DNA of 64,000 nucleotides, from positions 14,882,001 to 14,946,000 of the forward strand of contig CM052817.1 of NCBI GenBank assembly GCA_028534125.1. The letters run 5' to 3'. Made by a program: the position numbers and the translations under genes. This DNA is from Lama glama. Taxonomy: Eukaryota. This document shows, piece by piece, positions 11,943-25,335 of the stretch. The notes beneath the pieces were generated by a model, which ran no database searches, was not told the DNA's origin, and saw nothing but the letters and a program-made list of their open reading frames with translations. The first letter of the stretch is position 1, and each line of letters opens with the position of its first letter.

Positions 11943-13129
11943 CCTGATTCAGGGGAGATAAGGTAAAGATACAAATCATTTACATAGCATAAAATTAACG
12001 TCATACAAGTGAAAAATGATGAAAATGAAACAGCTTCAAAGAATTAGTAATTTAAGAAAAATTTAGGGGAGGCACACAATAGCATAAATTTTATGAAATA
12101 GGTAACTTACAGTTCAAAAACCCAAAACTAAATTAAATGTCTTAAGAGTTCTTCCAGTGAGAGTCAGAAATAATAATAGGGTGCTTCATTTCCTTGTTAA
12201 CACTGAAGCTCACTGTTACTTTTAATGCTGCCATGTGTGAAGTGAGTGAACAGACAAGATAATGTGGATGCTGGGAAAGACATTAGGATATGCAGAAAGT
12301 GAAACGTGTCAGAGACATGACACCCTCTGCTAAGATGTCAGGAACATACATGAGATAAGCAAGAAACAGAGACGGCCCATTGAAAACATCTTTCCTAGAA
12401 AACTTGGTGTTGAAATTGAGTACATGCTATTGCAATACATGGAATACTGGGGAATCAGAAGATTCTGGTCATAATGAAAAACTGTGACCTGGAGTAAAAA
12501 TATGTCCTGTTTTCAGCCTTGAACTGAGAACCAGTGGGCTCCAATTCTAATCAGTAGCTCCTCTTTATTCCCTATTTAATTTAAAAATACTAGCTATGAA
12601 CACTATGTGCTCTTGGAAGGAAGGGAACCTGCCTTGTGCTTTGTCATCTCTCCAGGGAACCCGGCAAGGTGGTGAACACCTTGAAGTCCTAGAAGGACTC
12701 TTAAGAAGAGTTAGTGGAAACCTCTTGCTTTCAATGCCAAACTCGAGACCCTCAACAAATGTCGTGGTTGATTGTAGAGACTGAGAAGGCTATTTAGGAA
12801 AAAGAGATTTCCGGAAGAGTATCAGATGCAACATTGTGGTTGTTGTTGTCTTGACCTACGGGGAGATTGCTGATAGACAATCTGATAGATTATCTCATGG
12901 CCTACAAATAAATTTTGATGATTGGTCCAGGTGTATGTTCCAGCACATTCTGAGAAAAGATGGAATCCCTTTTATCTGCCTCCTGGAGCTTAGTTCACAG
13001 GGACTGGAGTGAATGGTGAAATCAAAATTTCTACCCAGCAAAGCTGAGAACAGTCTCTTGGAGCTGAAATAACTTCATCAAGTCAATAGACAGAGTAATT
13101 ACTAGTATCTGCATAGTATTTTATAGACT

Positions 13130-13480
13130 TCTCATTTCTTCATTCAAGACACATTTATTTAGCATCTACTGTGTTCTATGTTTAGCTGCTGTGTACTGTA
13201 TACTGTGTTTATTGCTACCAGAGAAATAATAACTTTCATATGTTGAGAAGTTGCTATGTCCTATGTCTTTTTCTGAGCTTCTTGTTTATACTCATTGGAT
13301 CCTTACAGCAACCCTCCCACACAGCTAATATCACCTGCATATTACAGACTATGAGGCTGAGGCGTAAAGAGATGGAGGATCTTGCTCAGTGACCCACAGC
13401 TTGTAAATAACACAGCTGATGTTCTAACCCAGGTGTGTGTGTTTCAGGCTCTTAAGTGTCTTCTGCTCTGTGATAGCTAC
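13130..13480 (-). mobile_element. L2 3' end plus MIR fragment
   Basis: 'cattcaagacacatttatttagcatctactgtg' (L2) and 'gaggctgaggcgtaaagagatggaggatcttgctcagtgacccacagc' (MIR). Confidence 0.65.
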
Positions 13481-13529
13481 TTTCCAGGGGCTCATGACAC
13501 AGAGGGAACATAGATAAAAAAGCAATTGT

Positions 13530-13690
13530 TTACTTATTTATTTATTTGCTTAATTTTTATTTTTAGGGTTTTTTAGGGGGAGGCAGGTTTATTTATTTAT
13601 TTTTTAAAAATAGAAGTACTGGGGATTAAACCCAGGACCTCATGCATGCTAAGCATGCACTCTACCACTGAGCTATATCCTTCCCCCCTC
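13530..13690 (-). mobile_element. tRNA-Ala-derived camelid SINE (Vic-1-like)
   Basis: Antisense tRNA-like head plus AT-rich tail; perfect 14-bp TSD aaaaaagcaattgt (13516-13529, 13691-13704). Confidence 0.92.
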
Positions 13691-14039
13691 AAAAAAGCAA
13701 TTGTGATATATTACAGTAAGAACTAACACAGAGTCATGTGAAGATATGTATGCTATTTATTCCCTAAGTGTGCTGTGTGCTTTGTAAAACAATGCTGGCA
13801 AGTTCTCATGGCTTTGCAAGCTGTTGCACTAGTTTCTCCCCATCATTAATATTCTCTCTCTCTCTTTCAATTGCTTCCTCTATTTTTGGTGGAGTAAATG
13901 GGTTTAGCATAGGTTTAATTGACAATTAAAATTACCAGGGTAATAAGTGACTAGGCTAGGATTCAAACAGGGTTGTCAAGTGTCAGAAATGAAACCTTCT
14001 ACTAGGCTTTTTGAATTGCTCAATCTGTTGGGTGCTATG

Positions 14040-14650
14040 AGATGGTAGGAAGGGTTTACTCAACCCTGCCTGAGGGAGTCCTGGCTGACAAAGTAGCTCT
14101 TGGACTAAGATTTGTAGGATTAGAAGCCCCGTAGGTGAGTGAGAAGACGGAGGGCATCTCAGACTGTAGAGCAAGCACATGTAAACACGTCCAGGAGAGA
14201 AAAGCAGAGCTGATTTGGGGAAGAGTAAGTCATTTGCTACGGCTGTTAACATTCAGTGGCTTTGATTTCCCGTGACATCATAAATAAAGCACTGGCATAG
14301 TTCAGAGAAGTAAGAAAGTACTGCTGACTCTGGGAGAATTGAATAAGATCTCACAGGAGTGACATTTGAACCTTGGAGGATGAGTAAGAATTGGACAGAT
14401 GGAGATGGAGAGGGAAGAGCCTTCCACGTGTCGGGAATAACATTAGAAAAGGAATAAATGAATATTCAGTCTGTAAACAGACATCATGACTCATCACTCA
14501 GTTTGACCAGACTTGGGGAAATAAGACTGAGAAAGGACAGTTTGCCAGTTCCAGGAAAGCCTTGACTGTCAGGCAAAGGAACTTTATTTCACTTGTGGAA
14601 ACCACTGGTGGAGAGACAGGAAAACCACTGTGCTTTAAGAAGTTGGAAGT
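14040..14650 (-). mobile_element. L2 LINE fragments
   Basis: 'ggagtgacatttgaaccttggaggatgagtaagaattggacagatggagatggagagggaagagc..' L2-like purine-rich sequence. Confidence 0.6.
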
Positions 14651-15049
14651 TGATACAGAATTAATTTGTAACACCCTTTAATAAAAAACATTGTCGGAAT
14701 AATTTTGGTAAAAATCAACACTGAGACAAACAACCAAACTGACTTCTGTATCACATTTTTCAGTTTATGAGTTTTCAGCTAAGGATTCATTTGATCCTGA
14801 TTAATCATGGATGCCAGCAGATGAGGACCCTTGAGTAACAGAGATTTTAAGAGTTGTTCCTAAACTCACGCTGTTCTTACAGAGTGCTTTCAGACCTTCT
14901 GACTACAGGCTCACTGCCTTCTGAGAATCCTCACAGTGGGTGCTGGCATTGTACATTTCTTTGTTTTCTTCTTCAGATCATCTTGTTCTTCCCAGAAAGA
15001 AATTGATAAAAGTCTGCAATGTCTGTTCCCGCGTAAACGATAAAAGCTA

Positions 15050-15260
15050 ACAGAAACGATTACATATATCAGGCACAGTTATGAATGTTCTCTGTGAATG
15101 AGATAAAGTAATCCTAACAACTGTCCGAAGTAGGTGTCTTTTCCATCTTATAAATAAGGTCACGGAAGCCTAGTTTGCCCCGAGTACTTGCAGCTTTAAA
15201 TGGCAGAGGCCGGATTTGAACTCATGGAGGAGAAACCTTGTGTCACCATGCCTTACTGTT
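15050..15260 (-). mobile_element. MIR SINE
   Basis: 'caggcacagtt..aatcctaacaac..ggcagaggccggatttgaactc'. Confidence 0.65.
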
Positions 15261-16396
15261 TTCCCAAGAGCAAGAGGTTTTTTTGGGGGCGGGGGGTTGG
15301 TTAGTTAATGTAAATGCAAAATAAGCAACATCTTAAAGACAATTATTTCTGGGCTTGACCAGAAGATCCATGATAATGCTTTGTAACAGTCTAATAATAA
15401 TCTAATCACAATGTATATCTATATAGTGATTTATTTGAAAGTAACAATTCAGATTTATAGATTTTCCAGTAGCTGTTAAGCAGGCCTCTGTAACATTCTG
15501 ATCTTTCTATGAGCACCTTTTAGCCAACTTTGAGTTGTGCATGGTGAGAGCAAATACCAGGCAATGGTTCCATGATCTACTCTCACTGGTGTTAGCAGTT
15601 GGTAGCAAGTGTCTTAAATTCCTTCTGTATAAAGATAAGGAAAGCAGAAATAATCTCTAAGAAGCTCTCTGTAGATAAGAACAACCAATATTCTCCTTTT
15701 CTTTGTTTTCTTTTTACATCATTATGTCAATAGGCACATCCACCCACTGATGTGCTGCTTGTCAAGGGCATTGGACCCAGCTTGTTGAACTGTTTCACTG
15801 GAGTGACTTACATACGTCATGAACAGGCCACAAATCATGAGGTCTAGGGTCTGGGCTTGTCCACTAACAGAAAATTAAATTTTGCTGATGGAATACATTT
15901 GAGTCACATCTGAATGATAGTTTATCTAATTTATGATTTTAAAAAAGATAAAAAGAGGTATCAAGTTGAAAAAGAGAATAACCAAGATGATTCATGGAAA
16001 ACGGATTTGAGAAAAATGTGTGCTTAGAGAGCTGGGAAAAGCAGTAGTCTTTTGTTTGCTTGTTTGGTTGTTTTGTTTTTGCATTAGCCAAACCTTGTCT
16101 CTTTCCTTCTAATCCTCCCTCCCGTCCTCACCTGCCTTACTCAAGAGAACTATCAGAGTGCAAGTTCAGTCCTCTGTAAATGTCAGGATATTTAAGACAG
16201 GGCCCAAGTACTCAAAGAACTTACAATCTACCCTTGGAAAGAGACTGTGAGCATCTCTTATACAAGGGAAGCAGTCTCTGGGGGATAAAGGTTTTTTTTT
16301 TTTAAAGAAAGGTGTTAATAGTCCAGGAAATAAGAAATCAGAGCTCCAAACAAAATGATCTCTGCAACTGCTGGTATCCAATACAAAGGGAGGGTG

Positions 16397-17439
16397 GAAA
16401 ATGCCACTGGACTTTTGATAGGAATTGCACTGAATCTGTAGATTGCTTTGGGTAGTGTGGTTATTTTAACCATATTAATGTTCCCAGTCCATGAGCACTG
16501 GATATCTTTCCATTTATTTGTGTCTTCCCAAATTTCTTTTATCACTGTTGGTGGGCATGTAAATTAGTGCAGCCACTATGGAATATAGCATGGAGTTTTC
16601 TCAAGAAGTTAAAAGTAGGTTTACTGTATGATCTAGTAATTCTGCTACTGGGTATCAATCTGAAGAAAATAAAAACACTAATTTGAAAAGATATTCGCAC
16701 TCCTACATTTACTCCAGCATTATTCACAATAGTCAAAATACGGAAACAAGATAGGTGTCCATTACTGGGTGAATGGATAAAGAAGATGTGGTACATATAT
16801 AATTAGTATGCAATGGAATACTATTCAGGCATAAAAAAGACTGAAATCTTGCCAATTACAACAACATGGTTGGAGCTTGAGGGTATAATGTGAACTAAGT
16901 CAGACAGAGAGAGACAAATGTCATACTATTTTAATTATATGTAGAATCTAAAAAACAAGACAGAGAGTAAAGAAGCAATCCCTTTTAAAATCATATCCAG
17001 AACAGTAAAATATTTAGGAATAAATCTGACCAAGGAGGTGAAAGACTTATACACAGAGAACTATAAAACATTGATTAAGGAAATTGGAGATGACTTAAAG
17101 AAATAGAAAGATAAAAAACAAGACAATCAAACCAAACCAAGTCAAACTCAGACTCATAGATACAGAGAACAGATCAGTGATTGCTAGAGGGAAGAGGGGT
17201 GGGGTGGGGTGAAATGAGTAAGGCGGGGTAAGGAAGTACAAACCTCCAGTTATAAAATAAATGTCATGGAGATGTGAAGTACAGTATGAGGAATACAGTC
17301 AATAATATTGTCCTAACTTTGTGTGGTGACGGTAACTAGACTTACTGTGGTGATCATTTCACAATGTCTATAAGTATTGAATCACTAGGTTGTACACCTG
17401 AAGCTAATATAATGTTGTATGTTAATTACACATGTATAT
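16397..17439 (+). mobile_element. 5'-inverted L1 (L1MA9/artiodactyl-like)
   Basis: 16397-16543 antisense ORF2 ([33 protein letters not shown]); 16543-17435 sense ORF2 end plus 3'UTR; flanked by gggagggtg (16388-16396, 17440-17448). Confidence 0.9.
16963..17112 (+). mobile_element. Internal L1 ORF2 fragment without poly(A), nested in an L1 3'UTR
   Basis: Encodes ..KYLGINLTKEVKDLYTENYKTLIKEIGDDLKK..; perfect direct repeat aaaaaacaagaca at 16950-16962 and 17113-17125. Confidence 0.88.
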
Positions 17440-18860
17440 GGGAGGGTGTCTTTCTTGGGCTTTTATCTCAGAGACCCCTACACTGAAAACCAGATAGTGT
17501 CCCCCCAACTCTGCATGGCATGTTTTTCACCCATCAGTGTAAATACACAATCCCAGCCCAGACGCTAAGCCTCCTCCTTTCCAGCCACCATTTGTTTAGA
17601 AGAGTCTGGATTTTGCCAAAATGAAATACACTGATATTTTAAAAATGCAGTTTCACAGGAAGAATGAATATGGCCCTGAGGCTTGTCCTCTTGCTTCGGA
17701 GTGAAGAGCTAAAATCTTTACACTTTGAAGATGAGCTTCAAGTGTCATGATTTGGGGCAAAGCCAACAGGTCTTATTGTCCAAGAAATCCCCATGCCACT
17801 CTTCTTCAGCTCTGAGCTGAGAAAGTTGCTAAGCCTGGATGACCCTCCATTTCTAAATATTTAAAAAGAGAATGAGACTTGCTGGCTGCCAGGATTGCTG
17901 TGAAGAGGAACTGCGTCTGCTTGGCCAAGTGGGTAGGGTGATGCTTGGTCTACACCTGTTGCTTCTCTCCACGCTTCCTCATCAGTCTCTCATTTCGCCG
18001 TGCAGAATGGGAAGAGCTTTAAGGTGAAGTGCCTAAAGTAGGTGTGGGCTTCGTGAACCCACGTCATGACATATCGACACAGGACATCTTGCCAGAAGTC
18101 ACTGAAGGAATGACATGTCTCTGTCTGTTTTTCTGACCACTCCCCCTTCCCCCAAACATCTGTAGTTTATTTATAAACTTTTTGCACTTATGTTAGGTAT
18201 TGATGAGGAGAGAAAGATGAGGGAGGTAAATGGTCAGTTCTTGGCTTAGAAAACCTACTGTGTGCTCTCATCCAAACCTGACCTTGTAACACAGCTTCTA
18301 GACTCAGGCTGTGTCCTGGAACATGAGGTACAAGCTGAAGGGGAAACCTGGGGGCTGATCTGATGGAGGGAACCGTGACTTTCTTCCTCTCTGTCAAAGG
18401 CGAGCTATCTGGCAATCTTCAAAGAAGTATTATTCCAATCCACATAAATTTATCCAAGTATAGATTCTTTGTCTCTTTATAAAATTATTTATATCATGGG
18501 GAAAATTTTTAAAAAGCATTTTGGTGGTTTTTTTTTTAAAGTATGTTGTTGATCCAACAAAATGGAGTGCCAGAATTCTGGTTGTATGTTGACCCTGGCA
18601 AGAGATACTTGTCCAAAATTTGCTGATCACTTGAATTCTCATTCTCAGTTTGGAGGTCTGGTTCACTGTTTTCTCGTCAGTGTGTTACCAATTCATTTCG
18701 GGTGTGCCGCAAAAAGTTATGAGTTTCCTTTATTCTAGTGTGTGAAACTCAGTGCCAAGCATGTGTCAACACGTATTTTCAGATTTGTTTCTCCTTCTGC
18801 CATTTTTACCAGGGAGAGAGGGAGAACAAGTAGAGGAGGTGATTAAAAAATAAAGCATGT

Positions 18861-18954
18861 GGGGTGGGGTTCTAGCTCAGTGGTAGAGCGCATGCTTAAC
18901 ATGCACAAGGTCCTGGGTTCAATCCCCAGCACCTCCATTAAAAAAAAAAAAAAA
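18861..18954 (+). mobile_element. tRNA-Ala-derived SINE, short form (head plus poly(A))
   Basis: A box TAGCTCAGTGG, B box GGTTCAATCC, A15 tail, degenerate TSD aaa(a/g)gcatg. Confidence 0.9.
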
Positions 18955-21509
18955 GGCATGGAGTGAAGAGACTGTGGCCCAGAGTTGAATTTTCATGATC
19001 CTTTTGGTTATAGTTAGCTATGTGCCTGTTGGAATGTGGAACTACAAAGTAAAGATTAAGTGCCTGTAAGAGGCTAGAAAAAAATTAAAGAAATTTTGGG
19101 AAAAACGCTTTGAGTACAGGCGCTCTATGGCACCAGCATATCCTGCCTTTGAGAGTAGTAATCAGTTGTATTGTCAAACAAAATGGAAATGCTGGAAAGA
19201 GACAGGACTTGGAATGGGGACACCTGGACCTGAGTCCTGGCTTTGCTGCCTTGTAACAGTGCTTTTCCAGGCAAGTCCCTGGCCCTCTTCTTTGTTTATA
19301 AATGATTGCATCTTTCTAAATGACCTTTAATACCATTTCCAGCTCGGAAGACTCTGTGACCCTGACTGAGGATTCCTCTGCAGACTCCATGAATAGAGCC
19401 TTTTCAGTTCTCTGTTTCATGATTCTGAATGAAGGTCTTACTTTCATTGGACCACTGTGGAAAGGGAAGCGGGAGGTCTGGAGAGGGACTCTGGGTCCCT
19501 TTCTGTGATACCATCTGACACAAAGAGCAGCTATACCACCAGCATTTCTGCTTCCTAAAAAAAGATGATGTGCTGACATGGACAAAGAAAGACCAAAGAA
19601 TGAAGGGCTGAGGCCCCTGGAATGTTAGCTTTATTTAGCCCCCAAGACTGGCCGCCAGCTGTGACATTATTACTCAATGCATCTATGTGGCCTTTCAAAA
19701 CAGTTGTTGCAAGTGTTCAAGAGAGAACAGTAGGCCTGTGTAGCTCATTTTCTCTCTCTTCCAAGGGATGGGGAGGAAGGCTCAAGCAACTTGCTTTGAA
19801 GAATATTAGTGGTTAGAATCAGGGTATGGTGACGCTTGGTAGAATTTCTCTAAGTTCTTATGTGGTCTCATTTAAAGAAAAAATGCTTTCCCCTTTGTGT
19901 ATACTTATTGTCGAACAGATCATAACCTCAACACCAAGACATAACTGCATTTCGGAAATAGATCTTGTAAGAAATACATCAGTAAGAAGCTGAAGGAGCA
20001 TGGGAGGTTGGAACTACATACGTACACGTACGGAAATAGACCTGGAGACATTAAGTTAACATTTGCAACGTGTACAGATTCTGTAGCCTCCACCACACGT
20101 CCTCAGGGGCTCAGCTAAATGATTCAGAAGAGTGAAAGCATTGACGTTCAAAAGACAAAGTGAGGACTCGCGATAAGGCAATTTTGTTCTCTATTTCTGA
20201 GAGAAGAAAAGAAACACAGTGCACACCAGGAAAATAATTTTGGAAACTCACTTAATTGTGAAGGTGATGCTAAGCCAGCTTGTGGCTCATTACAAAGGAA
20301 ATATTGTTCACGTCCCGTAAATGATTTCCCATATGTAAAGTGAGGCTGATCCTAGCAGGTGACTTCAGAGATGTGGAAACATTTAACCGCATGTGAGTAA
20401 AACTTGCAAACCCTTTTAAAAAATGCAAAGTATGACTTTTAAACTAAATCGTGGCTGTCACATTTTGAGACTGAAAGCTCTGAAAGAACAGCTTGTTTGT
20501 ACTAACCACAAAGGCCAGGGACCTGTGGCTTTATTGGATTTCTCATCCCAAGAAAATATTTACACTTGGAGGAGATGATGTGTTTTTAACTATAAAAGCC
20601 ATACATAGAGTATTTGTGCAGAACACTGCAAATAATTTTTTTTCCTTTCAGCCTGGCAACATTGACAGCTCTACTTAAGGCATCAAAAATAGATAAAATA
20701 AAGAATCATAGTCCTTCTAAATGTGTGAAATCTAAAAATTCTTAGTGGGGAGGTATATGGGTGATTGCCGCGAAGGAAAGAAGGTCTTTGGTGAGTTTTC
20801 TGCTTTCTATTGCCACAGAATTCTGGTCACTAGAGTTTTTGGAAACCCAGATACGTGAGAGGGAGAGAAAACACCACTGCAAGACAGAATGAGGAAAAAA
20901 AAAATTAGTATAAAGAGACCTCAACAGACCAGAGACAAAATGGAATAAACGAACATTGTAGGGAAGTATAGGCGATTTGGGGGAATTTTAAAATGTTTGC
21001 CATTCCATCACTGACAGTCCAGTTAAAAACAGAAACAACGACTGATTTAGGGGTCACTTGGTTTGGGGAAAGAAAACCACTCTAAACTAAATGTTTGCCC
21101 TATGCATTTAGTCATTATGCCATAAAATGAAGTCTTTATTTTTAGCAGGAGCCTCCAGGCTTCTAAATAACAGAGGCAGAAATGAAACAAAAGCAGCAAG
21201 CTGGGGAAAGTGGTCCAGAAAAGGATGAGGCAACACATGCTGGTTTTTTTGTCCTAACAAAAGTGATGTCCAATTGCACTAGAATAGAAGGGGCCAGACC
21301 TCATCCTTAATATTCCCTATTGCTTCTCTCACTTTTATAGTTTCTGGCTGCCTCTCTAAAGAATATAAGGCCAACCTCATAAGAAAACTACATAGAAAAC
21401 TTCTCAGACTGTATTGTTGGACTGAGATTTAATTATAGCGAATGTAGCAAATATTGCTTGGAGTATAGAAATAAATGATCCCAAGGATTCAGTGTTTTTT
21501 GGATTACAC

Positions 21510-22280
21510 TGATGTAAAATAAGGTAGACATATATATGTATTTCTCTGGCTCCAGTTCCTGACACAGAGCTCCAAACAGCCCTGTAACTTCCTGAATTTC
21601 AGGAGCATCTTTTATCCTAATGGGGTGACTCTTGGTGGGCTTCTGGGTGGGGGCTGATCATGAGGAAGACCAAATCATTCGTGAGGGAGGGGGGAGGGGC
21701 TGGAAGTGGAGATAATAACCGATCACACCCGTGTGATGAACCCTCCATAAAAATCCCTGCAGTATAGGGTCTGGAGAGGTTCCAGGTTGGTGAACACGTC
21801 CAAGCTGGGATCGTGACACACCCAGCGCCAGGGGAACAGAAGGTCCTGCCCTGGGGACCCTTCTGGACCTCACTCTGTATATCTCTTCATCTGGCTATTC
21901 ATCTGTATCCTTTATCATATCCTTTATTATATAATACATTGATAAACACACGTAAGTGTTCCTCTGAGTCTGTGAGCTGTTCTAACAAACTATTGAAACC
22001 AAGGAGGAGGGTGCAGGAGCCCCAGGTTACAGCTGGTCAGTGAGAAGTACAGGTGACAACCTGGGACTTACGACTGGTCTCTGAGGTGGGGGCAGTGTGT
22101 GGGAGCACTGACTCGTGGGATCTGATGCTAACTCTAGGTAGATGGTGGCAGAACTGGTTCCAATTACCAGACATCCAGGTAGTGACAGAGAATTGGTGGG
22201 TGTGAGAAAAACTCACACATCTGGTGTCAGAAGTCTTGTGAGTGTGAGAGTAAAAGAAAACAGTGTGTTTTTCCTAGACA
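21510..22280 (+). mobile_element. Solo LTR, MER21-like
   Basis: TG..CA ends; 'ttcctgacacagagctcc', 'ctcttcatctggctattcatctgtatcct', 'cacacatctggtgtcagaagt'. Confidence 0.85.
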
Positions 22281-22426
22281 AATGCGATTTTATTTTCATA
22301 GTGTTTGTTGGACTACTATGCTGGACTTTGATTGGAATAACAAATGGCAAAAGGCCACAAGTCCAGCAAGAGATGGGGTACCTAATGCCTCACATTAATC
22401 AGAAAGAGTTAACAGGGACATTTTCC

Positions 22427-22875
22427 TCTTTTTTCTTTTATTGAAGTAGAGTTGACTTACCATGTTGTGTTAGTTTCTGGTGTACAGCATAGTGATTCAG
22501 TTATACACATGTATATACTTTTTCATTATAGTTTAGTACAAGGTATTGAATACAGTTCCCTGTGCTGTACAGCAGGACCTTGTTATCTATTTTATATACA
22601 GTAGTGTGTATGTGCAAATCCCAAACTACTAATTTATCCCTCCCCCACTTCCCCTTTGGTAACCATAAGATTGTTTTCTATGTCTGTGGATCTCTTGCTG
22701 TTTTGTAAATACGTTCCTTTGTATCATTTTTTAAGATTTCACATATAAGTGATATCATATGATATTTTTCTTTCTCTTTCTGACTTACTTCACTTAGTAT
22801 GATAACCTTTAGATGCATCCATGTTGCTGCAAATGGCATTATTTCATTCTTTTTTTATTGCTGAGTATGTGTGTG

Positions 22876-22906
<31 letters not shown>

Positions 22907-23190
22907 GTATATATATATATCTCACAGCTTCTTTATCCAGTCACCTGTTGATGGACATTTAGGTTGCTTCCATGTTTTGGCTGTTGTAAATAGCACTGCT
23001 ATGAACATTGGGGTGCATGTACCTTTTCAAATTAGAGTTTCCTCAGGATGTACGCCCAGGAGTGGAATTACTGGATCGTATGGTAACTCTATTTTTAATT
23101 TTTAAAGTAATCTTCATACTGTTTTCCATAGTGGCTTCACCAAATTACATTCCCACCAACAGTGTAGGAGGGTTCCCTTTTCTCCACAAG
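22427..23190 (-). mobile_element. Lineage-specific L1 3' fragment with internal (TA)n
   Basis: Antisense 3'UTR and ORF2 end; TSD gggacatttt (22415-22424, 23194-23203); (TA)n 22876-22920. Confidence 0.93.
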
Positions 23191-25335
23191 CACGGGACAT
23201 TTTTCCCTACACCCATGACTTCCGCTCTGCCTCAGTTCCTTTGCCAGATTTGTGTAAACAAGAGCAGGTGCTTGTAAAAGTGGGAGAATTCACTTCAGAG
23301 AAGCGGCGTCTAATGAGAGAAGCCCTTCACTCACCAGTGTGAGCCACGGAAAAATATTGCTCCCCTGCGCCTCAGAATTGTAAGTTTTAACACTTTAAGT
23401 CTGGAGATGTGTCCCTCCCACCAGACCCCCTCCCACTGCCAAGTTAAATTGACTGAGGGAATTAGCTTCGTTTGGATGTTATAGCTCAAAGGATCCCTGC
23501 CCAACCCTGCTTACCGCTATCTTTGCAGCCCTCTGAACGTCCAATGGCTGCTTTGGATAAATAGCGATGTCTGAGCCAGGACTGTTGTTGGTGAAGTGTC
23601 AGCTGTAGGCCTGGCACTTTCTCAGGGCTTCACATCTATCATCTCATTTAATCCTCACAACTGTCCCGTGAACAAGAATGATCCCTCATTCATAGATGGG
23701 AAAGCCATTGGCTGCAGGTTTAGAATGGGTGAAAATAATGGCCGAATGCAGAGTTTCACATGTTTCAGGTATTTGGTTACCACTTTTAAAGTGATCGCCA
23801 GAGCTTTGTGATACCTGCATTGCTGCTTCCTTTACACGGACTCATTTTTATTTTTATTTAAAAATGTATTTATAAAGAAAAAACGTTTATCACAGTGATG
23901 TGCAGAAAACTAGCACAATGCATTATAAGTAAAAGGTAACCGGGAAAATAGATAATGAAAACGTGGCGATTTTATTCAATTTTAGCTCTTTCCTGTTTTG
24001 GATTTCCTCCCTCGGTTCCCAGTCCCTCTTCTCACTTGAGCTCCTTTCCGTCCCCTATCAGGCCAGGAGGACAGAAGCTTTCTGCTTGAGTTCTCTGAGG
24101 CATGTCCTCAGGGTAAACACCTTTAAAAATGGATCAGGCGCTGGTTCACTTCCCTTCCTTCATGGTCTGAATCTTCCCCAGTTGCTGCCCACTTTGCATC
24201 ATCTTCAGCTCCTTCAGAAAGTTGCCTTTGATGTTATGTCGAGAGATTGCTGTTGAAATTCGCAATCAGATAATTCTGACATAGGTTACTCTACCGTGAT
24301 CGGAAGCTAGAACATCTGTTTTTATCATAGTTATAAATAGATTTTTGTGGCTTTTTCTTGTTTGTTTGCTGATTTGTGTGTGTAGTGTCTGTCTCCTCGA
24401 TGAAACTCTAAGCACATAAAGTGAATGTTACAAAAGAGACCTTCAGGGAAGATCTTTGTCATAAGCTCCTTCTCACTGACCTGAACCTTCTTGGTGTATT
24501 TCAATGGCCTCACGTTGATTTCAGGAATAATATTAACTATATCACTCATTATTTATGCATTTTGATTATTACACAGGAAGGTTACAATGCAAGAAGTCAT
24601 TAGGCAGAATGCAACGCATAAAACTCACAAATGAAATGAGAATATAATAATCTTTTAGAATCACTTAAAATGGGCAGAGTATATTTTTGCTTTAAATGTT
24701 ACAAAAAGAAACCTAAGTTGAGGACCAGTGTTGTGCCATGTACCACTGTACCCAAGGAAGAGGGTCCCAGGAAAGGGAATGTGGGTACACACAGTGCTGC
24801 CTCCTGGAAGACAGGGGGGAGGGCTCTCTGGCTAGGCCAGGGGCTGGAAGGTGTCCAGCGCCGCCAGCACACTGCATTGGCTGGGTGGACGTTTGTGCCA
24901 TCCGTCCTGACTGAGAAGCTTCACAACTTCTATGATGGAATTCTCGGAGGAGCAGCCTCACTGTCTGCTCCCTGAGCCTAAATCCTAAATCCACTTCCGC
25001 CAGCGGACCCAGAGGGTTCCTTCCTTCCTTGATGACCTCACAGGCAAACAAGGCGAAAGCAGCATCCCATGGTTTTCGGTATCCTTTCTCCTCCCCCCGT
25101 CCATCCCCTTTCTCTGCTCTGAATCTGTAAGGCATTGGGAGGACTGGCAGCAGTACACTCAGGAAAACTGCAGGTAACCTTTTACTTTCTCTTTGATTCT
25201 TCCCTGAGGATCTTGGGGTGAAAATGGGATACTATTAGAACAAAGTTGGCGAACTTTAATTAGTAGTTTGGAAGATGATTCAAACTCTGATTGTATGTTC
25301 AGGGACTGGCTTGGTTGGACTCGTCAACCACTTTC

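Noticed and set aside
18866..18937. Possible tRNA gene (anticodon AAC)
   Set aside because: tRNA-Ala-like body with a mismatched anticodon stem, followed by poly(A) rather than an oligo-T terminator; same head as the other SINE copies
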